In this document: in pieces, positions 37,801 through 50,929 of the stretch
Layout of the letters: every line of letters begins with the position of its first letter
Numbering within the stretch: the first letter of the stretch is position 1
Origin: Phoronis australis
Taxonomy: Eukaryota > Animalia > Phoronida
Assembly (NCBI GenBank): GCA_002633005.1
Contig: NMRA01000363.1
Coordinates: forward strand, 370,935 to 434,934
Direction: 5' to 3'
Length of the DNA: 64,000 nt
Notes under the pieces: model-generated
Told to the model about the DNA's origin: nothing
The model's database searches: none
The model's input: the letters and a program-made list of their open reading frames with translations, nothing else
Program-made: the position numbers and the translations under genes

Positions 37801-38070
37801 CTCTCGAAATCGAGGCTGTTAATCTAACACCACTAGTACACGCGTGCCTTCTAGTTAATGTAAATTTTCCGAATAGCCTCATTATTTTAGTACCGAACAT
37901 ACCGGAAGTTGAAGTGGCTACCGCGTGTGTTACAGAAATTTGTATTGCGGGCGTGTGCTAATCAGACTGCGGTTTATAGGTCCCTGGTAGATTTTCCTAG
38001 TGGAATGAGTGGCGAATATGCCAAGATAACGCTTAGTTTTGTTTGAAGCCTTGGTACGTTAAGTTTGCCA

Positions 38071-39710
38071 AATGTAGAAAAAACTCATTGTATTTGGATA
38101 GGTCGGATGAGGGGAAGTGAATTGCACTTGTGTCCAGAATTCAATTTATCTTGGCAAAAACAAAAATTCTCAATTCTGGGAGTCACATTTAGCACTAATT
38201 TATCAGAAATTCCAGACTTAAATTATTACAATGTCAAAATACAAGAGATTTACAGAGATTTGACTTGTTGGTCCAGGAGATCGCTCACTACGCTAGGAAA
38301 AATAACCGTAGTTAAATCGTTTGTTTTGCCTAAATTAACGCACCTCTTGTTGTCATTACCTTCTCCATCAGACAAAGTTGTTGACTCTTTAGAAAAACAT
38401 TTTTAAAAATTTATTTGTCAAAACAAAAATGACAGGATAGCTAGAAATATCATGATCCAAGATTTTTCCAACGGAGGCTGTAAAATGGTCCATTTAAAAA
38501 GTTATACTAAGTCGTTAAAATTTACATGGTTCGTGAGACTTGTGATGGCCAATCAATCTTCCTGGAAATTGATTGTTATGAAAAACCGCTTTTTAGCTGG
38601 AAAAAACCTTATTCATGTTGGGGCCAAATTTTATAATCAATGCCCGGTAATTCTTAAGAATGTCTTTTGGAAAGAAGTATTTTTAGTTGTTGGGGAAGTA
38701 CTCTCTAGTATCTCAGATTATCACATTAAAGAGGAATTTAATTACGAACAACTCTGGTATAATGAACATATTTTAATTGATAAAAAGTCTGTTTTCTACA
38801 ATGACTGGTATAAAAGAGGGATAATTTTTATCCACGATTTGTTGAACCATAATGGTTATTTTATGTCTTACCAGTGTTTTTGTGAAAGATACAGGTTTTC
38901 TCCATCATTTACATCTTTTTGGGGTATTCGAAGTGCAATTCGTCAAACTATTCGTCATTCTCAAATTAGGCCATGTAGTGAAATCGAGATAACCTTGCCT
39001 TTTTGCGCAACATTTAATTCCATTCTTATATCGAGACAAAAAGTCAATAAACAAATTTATACCCACTTAATACAAAAACTATATAAAAAACCCAAATTTG
39101 AGGAAAATTGGGAAAAACATTTGAATACCGTAACTTTTCTTGTGATGTCCAGCTTAAATGGTTTCAAATACGTTTAACTCACAGACTACTCGGAACCAAT
39201 AAATTTTTGAGTAAGATTGGTGTTAGAAATTCAGGTAGTTGTACTTTTTGTAATTCTCATTCTGAAGACCTTTTTCACTTGTATTGGTCTTGTTTACGTG
39301 TCCAAAGTTTTTGGAAAACTGTTGAAAACTGGATAAAAAACCTCTGCGGAATTGATATGAAACTTGATCATTTTGACGTAATTTTTGGCTCCTTTAATGG
39401 ACCAAAAATCATAAATCTACTTTTATGTTTAGGCAAGTACCACATACACAAGCAAAGACTTCAGAATGTAGAACCATGTTTTGCACTTTTTAAACATTTT
39501 GTTTTTGATTACTACAAAGTAGAAAAGGTTATGTACTACAACCAGTGCAGGTATCTCGACTTCGAGGAACGATGGGCCCCTATAGCACCTTTATTTTAAT
39601 TTATACTACATACAACCAATGGCCCCCTGTGTATGAATGTGAGTGTGACTGTGCGCGTGAATGTTTATACTGTTTGACTTTATTGTATTTGCTTTACGAT
39701 AACAATAAAA
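38071..39710 (+). mobile_element. 5'-truncated non-LTR retrotransposon (L1/Tx1-type ORF2 C-terminal part with zf-RVT), disrupted
   Basis: NVEKT..WIG, ILGVTF, W-S-R-R-S-L-T-T-L-GKITVVKS, GG-x-x-M, FQIRLTHRLLGTN..CTFC..E..HLYWSC. AATAAA at about 39704. Probable TSD aagt(t/g)tgccaaa at 38061-38072 and 39709-39720. Confidence 0.88.
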
Positions 39711-42079
39711 GTGTGCCAAAGCATACAGCCGTGAGGAGTGCATCGATTTCGTTTGTTTTAGCGGCAATAGCAACTGTGGAGGCCAAGAGCCACAGACATT
39801 TTTAGTGTCGAAACCAAACTCTATTACAGTCTGGTGTTTGTCTCTTACAAATTGGCCACTGGTCATGTAAGACTTAAGTCAATCTGTGTATTTAGATCAT
39901 CTGAACATACCATGCAGCTGCAACCTTAATTCGCGTAATTTGAGCAATAATCCAAGTCGATAAATTCGTTATGTGATCACCATTGCCATTGCCCACAATG
40001 TTACTCGAGCAGAGTTTTAAAAACACTTGCTTTTTGATTTACAGTGATTCTTTCTTTGCATCTCATAAATTTAATCTAAAAAGGAGAGTAGCGTGCAATT
40101 GGAGTAAACTGGACGCAACTGAATATATGATTGCACCAGTAAAAACAGAAATCTAATAAAGACGAGACTAATTGAAATGTTGAACAAGAAGCAAACCACT
40201 CTTGTGTTCCGTATTCTGAAGACCCTAACGGAAATACAAGATTGCGAGATATCGCCATGTATTGCAAGCGAAGAACATGATTCTTGTGAAGCATACATAG
40301 CGTACGCGACACTTGCAATTGCCCGGGATCACGCCCTTGTTAGTCACAGTCCAGGTAAAATATAGGTTTCTACATAACAAGGTGATGTTTCACAAAGCAA
40401 CACAGTGAGCTTTTAATGGCAAGTTAGGTAAGTTATTTTCAGAAACGTCGTTCAATGAAAAGTATTTAAACTGCCAACTTTCTACTTGTCTCTCTTGAAA
40501 AGCGTTTTTGCGTCTCAAATGGTGTTGATAAAAGGAAGTACAAACGGAAAATTTCAACACATGAAGTTGTTGTAAAGTTTCATACCAAAAAACTTAATTG
40601 TAAACGTAACGGTGAATTCCGTTGTTCTTCAACTTCGGATGGAAATTAGGCAAAAACAGCACTGGAGTGCTGGACACAGCTGCTTTATTTCGCTACTGAA
40701 CAGTACTGTAGTGGGTCGTAGGCGCACGTAGGCGCAGCCAACCACCTTTTGGCATTTGAACGTGGCGCCTACGCACCGCACTGCTCAATGTGATACGGTG
40801 GGCTGTAGGCGCCTACTTACCCCTAATTTTGCCACTAGAAATCGAAGTTCAACACTTCGTTATTGGAATCATATGGGAGACAAGAGTTCTATAGCGACTC
40901 CATTTTTTCCTGGACATGGCTTTCGAATAACCTCGGAATAAATGGAAAATCTATTTCCAAAATTGTATGTCAATCTTGTCGCCCAATTGGAGTGGGAGAT
41001 AGAAATTATCTTGGTCGATGATACTCAGTTTGTGAAAAAATCAGGATTATTCTAAAAACCCCTCGACCAACCACCCCCTCAACCCACGACTCGATCTTAA
41101 CATATATGTAGAACAAGAGCTGATTTGCAGGATCAACGAGTTGGGCCGTGAGCTTGGGTGACTCTTTCTGCGTACCTTAACACCAGGTAATCCATATTGG
41201 CTCATTTGTATCACGCAATTTACACAAGGTATTGTTTTGACATAAAATTTTAAACAATCTGTGTTACAAGGGGTCGTGCCTTCTCCGGCGTGTCAGAAAA
41301 CAGTTATTTACAGACATCTTACCTGTCTAGGTGTACCGCAAACGGTATTGGGCCACCTGCCAGTTTTCACTTATTTAGTCCAGTCGGTGCAGCAAATAAA
41401 AGTAGGCACCCGTCATCCGAACGTACGGGTCATAATGTTTTTATTTAGTGTTCTGTGTAACGCGTGACATTCACCAATAAACAAATGAGGGTTTGTGTGC
41501 GTACATATATTCACTGGCGAGTATCAAAATGGCGTTCGAAGGTCATGCACTTAGGTTAATAATCGTACCGGTATGGTCCAGTATCAGGCCAGCGTTTACC
41601 GTTGAACAATCCGCGATCATGACCTAGGTATGCTCTGTTTCTGACTGAACGTTCACCAATATCTAAATAAATATTCAAAATCATTAATCAACAGTGGCAG
41701 TAGTGCTTGGAACAGAATTGTAATAACTAGTCATGGTTACAATATGATTACTGTTGGAGTTACATGCATTCCAAAGTTAAGTGTCACGTATTATTCCTGA
41801 CAACATTCACGACTATGATGACAGCCGTAGCAAGCACAGCAAATTAGTAAAACGTTTGTTTTTTAATCTTACATCCTCACAAGTAAGTTACGCGAAGACA
41901 AACTACTCTCTAAAGCATCACCTAAGACACTGTTTAAAATTCATCTCTATTATAGGAGGTAAGGCTGAACACCTTCGTTACAAAGAATCTCACTTTTAAC
42001 GTTTTAAGTGTGAACTTCAGAAACATGAAACTACAGATTTGTAAAATCCTTGATTGTCTACATGTTTATACAGAAGCAT

Positions 42080-42870
42080 GTAATGCAAAATAAGCCAAGA
42101 TGCATTATAACCTTATTTGTGCGAGTAAAAGTCTTGCGGAAAAACTTGAGAGCGTTCACGCGACTCTTAAAAATATCCCCAAAATGTCGACTTCTTCCAT
42201 CCGAATTGAATAGCATTGCAAATTGTGATCATCCGGGTATTGTTAGAGTGTTTGAAAAAGCTGTACCCCATGATATTCTTTTCATTTACAATATTAAGAA
42301 AAGATGGCCATATGTCTGGGATCTTTGCAGGAACACAGTGGTGAAGTGTATTCGAAATTGTCTGAATACTACCTGTATTTTAGTCGGTGAGGACTTCCAA
42401 TCAGTGCGTGTTATCATGACGCATCTCCCTATGGCCTGATTCAGGGAAGGAGAGATACAATAGACTTTCCTTTGCCGTAGTACAGATCTAGTGTTTGATA
42501 GCTTGTAAGAGTTAAAAAGATTTAATTTGATTACTATTCGGTTTTGGCAATTCTAGCCGCAGAAAAACGACGCTAGACTGCAACATGAAAACGACTGTTA
42601 GCAGTTGTTGTCAGCTAACACAGTTGCAGTTTTTGGGCCGAGCAATAGACTAAAATGTTTGCCAAGCCTAAGTCTAAATTAAACACCGTGCAAATTAGTG
42701 ATGTGCTTTGTCAACTGGACTGTGGCGACAGCTATGAGTTTTACGTTGGCATGACACCGCCATGACCGTCATGGCTGAAGACAAATAAGATGCCAACAGT
42801 GCCGTGTGTAGCCATTCCATTAACACTTGCTACGCTGTATGATTTCCTGAAGTCAATGTTCTTGATAACA
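42080..42870 (+). mobile_element. Degenerate Penelope-like retroelement relic (post-RT region + GIY-YIG endonuclease)
   Basis: IITLFVRVK..LLPSELNSI, then VLCQLDCGDSYEFYVGMT..NSAVCSHSINTCYAV*FPEVNVLD, which resembles the GIY-YIG pattern of Penelope-like elements. Heavily decayed. Confidence 0.5.
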
Positions 42871-45800
42871 ATAACTGTCAGTGTCAAATAAACAGCAGGT
42901 TGCGTAATCCAGGAAGTATCCGAACAAAGAATAGTAGAAATTTACCGGAAGTTCGCATTACAGGAGAACAGTAAGAGCTAAAGATATTTTCGGGTTCGAT
43001 TTTGTTAAAAAATTTAGATCCCAGTGCCTGCTTCTTTCTCTTGATACAGTATTATTTATTGAACATGCGCGTCAGCGTCCGTTGAATGCATGGTAGGGTA
43101 TTGTGATTGCCTTGCATGTCATCAAGTTTTGTTTTATACCCAGAATTGCTTTGGATTTTGCAAACATTTTTATGATGGATATAAATTTCATTTTATAGTC
43201 TTGTTTTTATTAGATTTCGTACTGTACCGCACTGTTCTTTTGACCGTTTGGATGTGGAAAGGTTGTTACTTGGTGAAGTTAATTTCGCTTTTTGTTTTTG
43301 TAAACGCTGCAATGTTGCATTTTTCGTATAACTAACACATAGTTCACGAACAACGTTCATCTCGTTAAAGTCACGAAAAATAGTAGTTTTGGCGAAATCG
43401 GTCCAAAAGGAGCTGTGTCGAGTTCTCGCTTCACGGAACTCTAGCTCTGAGGTCTTTTCATGGATTCTTCTGAAAGTTTGTACAGTGATAAATTTCGTAT
43501 ATGGCTACGTCTTGCTCATCTCGAGTTATTTTTCTTGGCTTCTACAAGTGCTATGAAATGATAATTGTATGTTTCTGGCGTCAACTCAGGCTATTCGACA
43601 TTTAATGACATTTAAGGTCCGACACTGGTCTCAGGCTTCATCGCAGACATACGTCTCAAGGGTTAATAACAATATATGTATGCTTTCTATACCCTTCTTT
43701 CTAATCGCACGACCAATCGACATGTAATTTAGATGCACCATGTAACTCGTTAATAGCTTGAGACCTGTTGCTTTTGGTTCAAACCGGATGCGTGATGGCG
43801 TTGTAGCGTCTCTTTGTAGGTATTCCGTCCATTGGCGGATCGTTTTGGTACCACGAAAGATCCCTTCAAGTGCTACCTGCATGGTGCCATCCGCGTTTCG
43901 CTACGACTTGCCGCTCTCAAGTTATTCAGGGTTTTCCGACTTCTCGTGCCGCATCTCCAGCGTCCCTTGGAGGATACTGCTGAAATTTGGTGGATAGATC
44001 TTGCGCTGTCCTCTTGTTTTTTGCTCCAGTCTTCAACTGTACCTCTAACGAGATATTTGTGAAGCTCTATGATCAGGAGACTGTTCTGTTATTGAATGTG
44101 GAAACGCTGCACTTGTGTTAAGCTATCATACTATGTTACACATAGCTTTTTTCGTCCGATCCAATAACTTGTACATGTATCTTGCTAAGAGCTCGAGGCC
44201 TATGTGCTGGGAGAAATCGAATCAAACATGGCCCAGTGACAATGTGCCCGTCTCAGCATATTGGAGAGTTGTCTACCACACGTTTGTTCTTTTAATGAAA
44301 GGCGCTTCACTGTTTTGTTGTTCTATCGTGGAATTTTTCGTCAGATCAAAAGGTCACACGTCCATCTTTAATCTTTATCTTCACTATCACCATCACTAGA
44401 TTCGTAGTCAATGCGAGTCGCGTTCTTGACAGCGTCAGCGTACGGTGGGAGAAGCATACGAGAATGCCCGTCTGCCACCTATGTATAAACACTTCATTTC
44501 CTTGTTTGCTCTCGGGTCGTTGTCGACATCACTTCTCATTCAATTTCAGCAATCGTTGCTCCTCAGAGCTCTTTCATTGGATTCTCTGAAGGACATGTAC
44601 AGTTTACATTCTTTATTTTTGACCTGCGTGCTACCATAGACTATAGTACATTGACCGCCAACTCCGTATACTTTTAATGGAGAAAATATGTGCTGTTTCG
44701 TACAAGCCGTTACATCATTATTCACTAGCGACACCTGACCAAATTATGTGGTGTAATTTCCGGCAAGTACGTCGTCTGCTAATCATGGTCGGTTGCTGTG
44801 TGTCCGAGTGTTCGGCCACACTGGCGAAGCGCAATTGCGTTAACGTCCGCAGCGTACGGAGACCGCATAATCGGATGTGTCTTGTATAAACGTTAATGAA
44901 AAGACTTTATACATATATTCAAGACATTTTGATGATGCATGTTATTTAAGAACTTCTGGTAGGCTTACTACTTAATTCTGTCTCACATATCTTTTCTTCT
45001 TTTTGATGAACATTAGCTGGCAATTTTTTATGCTAAATTCTTTCGAAAGATAGTGATTCACGAGGAACTCCAGCCATAATCTAGTGAGCGAATTAACAGG
45101 ACCAAAAAACGTAACTCTTTGGCTGCAGGCATAACATTGTGAGCCCCCGCATTTCCTCACTGATGCCGTAAGGCTCCCAGCTGTTTTCCGCCATTTTTGT
45201 CTAGTGTAGCACTCTCCAATATGGCGTCATTGACAACGCGAGCTGCCTGTATCTGAGAAAGGTGCCCGGTCTATGTGATGCCTACGGTTGCTACAGTGCA
45301 AACATGCACAATACTTGGTCTACCATTTTCCCGCAGTAAGTGCATGAACCAATCAGATCACCAATGACGCAAAGTTTTCGAAAACAAGTCTGATTCTTAG
45401 GGAGTCATGTCACTGCTCTATTTATTTTCAAAACTTTATTGTGTTATAAATATAATTTCTTTATGTTCAAATCAATGAGGCCACTAAATATGAATGCATT
45501 TAACACAATTAATGAATTGTAAAAACCAAAACTTATGCTCTATCAACATGAGACAAAAGCAGTACACATCTTTATTAAAATGGGTCAGAAGATAGAAACA
45601 AAGGACAAGAGAGAAGAGTTTCCATCACTTACAACGTCGACTTTCGACATAGATGTTGGGGAGGAACATCAGTCTGGAGACAACAACACGGAATCGTACG
45701 AAGGCGATGATTTTCGAACTTTGATTCATTGTGTTGTATGTCATTTTTCCTTACTGGTCAGGATTACTTGTGGATCCAGGAACAAGAACTGAACGAGCCA

Positions 45801-46487
45801 GGGTTCCTGATAACGTTGGTGAACGGTAACATCTATTTAAGGTATTACAACTGTCATCGATATTGTCATCTTCTCTGTTTTCATCCAACCTTCCCAGATG
45901 AAAACATGAATGAAGAGGACCTTCAGTACTTGAGTGACCACAGAATACTGTGTGACTTATGTTTAATTATTCAACGGTTCTTTTAAGAACCATTTCACGC
46001 TATACCTATGGCTCATGCACAGTACAACCAACAGCCCTTCTAAGGGTCACTTAACACTTACCAGGCAAAATGATCACTTGAGAATGTTGAATTATAAACA
46101 CACGGAGGTTAGACCAGTGAAATCGTTGCAGAGGCGCATTTTTAATCCGAAAAAAAATTTCTAAACAAAAACGTTATATAGGTTTCTTTTACATGCACAG
46201 GTACTCCTTAAAATTTGTGCACAAATACACTTTCGTATTTTTTCCAGTATGTGAACCACGAATCAACATCTGTCCGGTAAATATGCTGCTATTGTGCAAG
46301 CAGATGACAAAATCAGTCGGCACCGAAATTTGAATTTTGCAATTACATGACCAGTGGCATTGCCAAAAGTACCCTCGATACCAACAGTTCTACTATCGGA
46401 AGACTTTGAACTACGCTTCAATACCGAAGTCATTTTTTTTCGATGTACTGGACAGTAAACTAGATTCGAGAATTTCCCGTCACTATA

Positions 46488-47133
46488 GTGGCACTGCGGC
46501 CGCGGCCAATTTGCACACCCAAACTATTAAAATTTTGGGGTAGGCCAAGTTTGGGGTCATTTTCTAGGTAGGCATTGCATGTAGGCTCAGTGAATGTGGT
46601 TTGTTTGTATTTGTGAACATGCTGAGAATGAAAAAAGGGCACTTTCTCGGCTGTAAACGAACTCTTCTTCAAGATGGTGGGCCCCTGTTGTAATTTTGCA
46701 TTGCTGTGTAGCAAATGAGAAATTGGCCACGATTTCAGGTAGCCCTCAAACAAGCCAGATTTGCAAACAAACAAGTTGGTTGACAGTACTTTTAGACCAC
46801 ATTTTTGGAATTGGTAGGAAATTTGCTTTCGCAATCTTATGTTGGCTTTAATCGAGCATCGGCAGGAAAGTGGTGATTTTGGGGTGAAAAGTGCCGATTT
46901 TGCGTTTTTTGCCCTTATTTTTCTTAGTTCAGCTTGGTTTCCACTGGGAGTGAAAGGGTCAAAAATACAAGAGAGTACAAAGTTTCTGTGCTCATCTGTA
47001 GGGCTTGTGATGTGAAATGACTCAAAACTTTTCTTTATTTGCATGCAGTTTTTGACAGAGTGAAGAAAGGGTGAAGAATCCATTGAGGGGTGTTCTGATA
47101 GGCAAATCCCTGTGAGAACTGTTCAGTGCCTCC
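46488..47133. mobile_element. Kolobok-type ~650-bp TIR unit, copy 1
   Basis: Ends ..aactgttcagtgcctcc followed by TTAA. The left end has a short deletion. Highly similar to 48240-48896. Confidence 0.75.
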
Positions 47134-47259
47134 TTAAAAGAAGTGGTCAAATTTCAACTTTCAAATTTTTCCAAGTTTTGGCACTAATTCTTCTCTATGT
47201 CACTAATCAAAGTCTTGACAGTAGTTTATGTTGATTTATTTTTACATTATTTACATTAC

Positions 47260-47463
47260 AGCCCTAATCTTTACCCTAGCTAGCCCTAACCGGCCTAGAC
47301 CTAATCCAAACCATAACCGTGGGACCCTAAGGCTAACACCAGAACCCTTGCCCTAACCCTGGATGTCCAAACCTAACCCCTACCCTAACCATAACCCTGG
47401 CACTCTTACCCTAAGCCTGTAACCCTTCCCCTGTAACCCTAACTCTAACCTAACCCTAACCCC
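47260..47463. repeat. Degenerate (CCCTAA)n telomere-like tract
   Basis: Many ccctaa/aaccct/taacc variants. Confidence 0.75.
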
Positions 47464-48239
47464 GGGTGCATGATTACGGTGACATTTCTTCCCGTCCAGT
47501 TGTTTGGTCTCACGGTAACTGCTTTCTCTTTTAGTGCTTAACGTGAACTTCTAAAAAAGAAAGTGTTGACCCTGTGCCATCGCCATCAGCGAGGTAGGTG
47601 ACCCCCTTAGCTTCAACATGTGGGAGATGCACAGCACCGCAACCGTCTATTGCGCCATCTGGCTGTCTTGGAGTATTGAAGGGGTAGGGGTGTTTGTTGA
47701 ATGAACTGTGTCCCTTATGAATTGTTCTTTTTCTCCCTCTGCTCCTAATGAAACCGTGTAGCTTTCCAGGCTACTTTATATGTGATCACCACTCAACAAT
47801 AAGGTTGTGAGAGAAAGTAATTGCTGTACAAATTTATTGTTTCCATGCCTTTTGTGGTTATCCAAGTCAACTTCTGTCAATAAATATGTCCCCTGTACAA
47901 AACGAGTGAGCCAAGGTGAGGATTATGGTCAAGCTGTGGGGTCAGGAAACTAACTTGAATTAAACTTTTATTGTTTATTTCACATTTAAGTTTATCACTT
48001 TTCTCGAATTTGTCCCATCAAAAGTCAGTATAGTGCCAAACAGAGCACAAAACTACATCGGGTGTCTTAATCTGTGTAAAATTGGTCTCGCTTGAAAACC
48101 CCATCCTTCGAGCTGGTTACATCCGATCACCTTATAAAAACAAAATTGGCCACCGGTTCAACTTTTTATTTGAAACAGCAGGTAAGCAGATGGAGAGGAA
48201 CTATTCTGAACCAAATTTGGAAAATGTGGTCTTATTTAA

Positions 48240-48896
48240 GGTGGCACTGAATAGTTGGGCTGCGGCCGCAGCCAATTTGCACTCCCAAAATATTAAAATT
48301 TTGGGTAGGACAAGTTTGGGGGAATTTTGTAGGTAGGCATTGCATGTAGGCTCAGTGAAAGTGGTTTGTTTGTATTTGTGAACATGCTGAGAATGAAAAA
48401 AGGCCACTTTCTCGCTGTAGCTGCACTCTTCTTCAAGATGGTGGCCCCCTGTTGTTATTGTGTATTGCTGTGTAGCAACTGAGAAATTGGCCACGATTTC
48501 GGGTAGCCCTTAAACAAGCCAGATTTGCAAACAAACTAGTTGGTTTACAATATTTTTGGACCACATTTTTGGAATTGGTAGGAAATTTGCTTTCGTAATC
48601 TAATGTTGGCTTTAGTCGAGCATCGGCAGGGAAGTGGTGATTTTGGGGTGAAAGGTGCCGATGTTGCGTTTTTTTGCTTTTATTTTTCTTAGTTCAGCTT
48701 GGTTTCCACTGGGAGTAAAAGGGTCAAAAATACAAGAGAGTGCAGTTTCTGTGCTCATCTGTAGGCCTTGTGATGTGAAATGACTCAAAACTTTTCTTTA
48801 TTTGCATGCAGTTTTTGACAGAGTGAAGAAAGGGTGAAGAGTCCATTGACGTGTGCTCTGATAGGCAAATCCCTGTGAGAACTGTTCAGTGCCTCC
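48240..48896. mobile_element. Kolobok-type ~650-bp TIR unit, copy 2
   Basis: TTAA|GGTGGCACTGAATAGTT ... AACTGTTCAGTGCCTCC; a direct repeat of copy 1. Confidence 0.8.
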
Positions 48897-50437
48897 TTTT
48901 CACTAAACCGGAAACTGCAACAGATAATTTAGGAGAGTGGCGCCTCCTCTGGGGTAGCATGGAAATTAATGTAGGAGTTGTGAATCTGTTGTCTATAATC
49001 TATGGTGCTACTAAATGACGATTATGGTAGGTCTTATCGTAGGCGGATATTGTTGTCAAGTGTGCTAAAGAGTGGCAGGATGAATGTTTAGATTGTTTCA
49101 TTTATGGTACTATTATCTAGCCGAGTTTTATGGCTTGAAAAGTCTGAAATACGAATACGCGTAAACAATACCTTCTAAACATTTCGTGGCGAATCTAGGG
49201 AGAGGGCGAGGAGAGAGGGAGGGGATGGGGGAGGGGGGTTCTTGAAATTTGAAAATGAATTGATATCCAACACAATTTCAAATTCTTTAAGAAAAACCCA
49301 TAAAATACCTGGTGGACAATATGAATTCTGTTTCAGTGGCAGAGAATCACTGTGCATAATGCAGTTTAGTCTGCTTTTCTCGTTCTGTTCCACTTTTAAG
49401 TCCACCCGCGTTACATAATAACTAAACGTACATTGCAAGTCTCGTGCACATAAGTATTCGGCGGAAAAAACAGAATCACACGATATAAAATGGGGTATTA
49501 CTCAGTTTCGTGCACATAATAGGATTATCTGATCAAACATTTTAAAATATGCAGTTTCATGGTCTATCATTATTATTCACGAACGTGATTAAGAAATGCG
49601 GTAATTTCTAACGAATGTGCTCATGCAGTAGTTAATAAAATGCGTTGACAACAATGCCATTGAATCGCTTCAAAATTCTAGGTACGATAAGCTAAACTGT
49701 AACCCAGGACCAGCTGATACCAACCCGCGATACAAATTCAAAGAACGGTAGCCCTAAATTTCACAAACACACCAAAAAGCTTCAACTCCGGGAATCAGAT
49801 TCTATGGCCACGCTCTAAACTCCAGCTTATGATTGGAGAGTCGGTAATAGAATCTGGCCCCTGCACTGGAGTTTGGTCACCAGGTATGGGACCTCTTGTT
49901 TGAGTTTGCTGGTCCGGAACTGGAGTTTTGTGGGACTAGAGTTTAGAGGTGCTGTCACGGAGCGAGTGTCCACTCCTTGTACATATGTGTTATAGAACTA
50001 GTACCGGATACCTGTATAGTAGCATCGTAAATAAGTTAAAGTATAACTTACCGGAGATGACCTAAAATATGTAAATTCTCAAAGGGTGCGCAATTTCTTC
50101 GGAAGATCTTCCTTTACTTCAGTGGAAACAACGTCACACGTTTTATCGCAAACGTTGCCACGCCGTCCTGATAATCACGATCCACTGATATATCAATATT
50201 CAGGACACTTTAAACACCGACCACCTCAAAGCAACATCCACCATTTTTATTGAAAAAAAAATAACAAACGGGACATAGGAGGTTTTAAGACTCCTCTCCT
50301 CGAGAGTAACTGTCGCAGCGTTCACAAAAGCATTCGCTATCAAAGGAAACGGAGATCTAAGTGCAAATACCAATAACAGAACAAATATACTAATGGAACA
50401 AAACTTGGCAATCTTAGGTGCACTTCGGATAGTCAAC

Positions 50438-50560
50438 CTGCACAGCTCTTCCCGTTGCCAGTGAATCCAGGTCTGCACCTGCATTCATAGGACCCGATGG
50501 TGTTCTCGCACGTGGCATTCTCATGGCACTCGTAATTTCCGGTCTCACACTCGTTTACAT
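50438..50560 (-). CDS. EGF/sushi receptor: calcium-binding EGF exon
   Basis: DVNECETGNYECHENATCENTIGSYECRCRPGFTGNGKSCA; phase 1-1, 123 nt. The ORF track shows a different frame here. Confidence 0.92.
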
Positions 50561-50929
50561 CTGGAATATATTACGTGGCACAATGAACTAATTGGCCGTT
50601 GTCAAAATTTAAAAATGTATTTGCTCTTATGAAGTAGCTACACGTAGCTTAGAAGCTAACAATCCAGTCACACAGCCAGTCTTTCCTGTCATGATATTCA
50701 ATGTGTGTACGGATGTTGTGAAAAATGAATGTCGCTATTCGTCTAACGTGCGGCGGAGACTTTCCGATGAAAGGAACTAATTCAAGGTCGTTTGACATAT
50801 GAATTCTTTACGCCTTGTTGGCGGAAAACATATTCATTTACAGAACACCGTGTTTTCCATTGAATGCATGTACGTGTACATGTAAGTAACAGAACGAACA
50901 ATTGCCAGTTGTTGAAATCTGTTAATAGA

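Noticed and set aside
46460-47083. 207-aa minus-strand ORF
   Set aside because: It lies in a repeat and is not preserved intact in the second copy; no domain recognised.
50052-50190. Candidate exon ending at a strong gtaagt donor
   Set aside because: The longer versions contain stops in all frames, and the 10-nt micro-exon would break phase.
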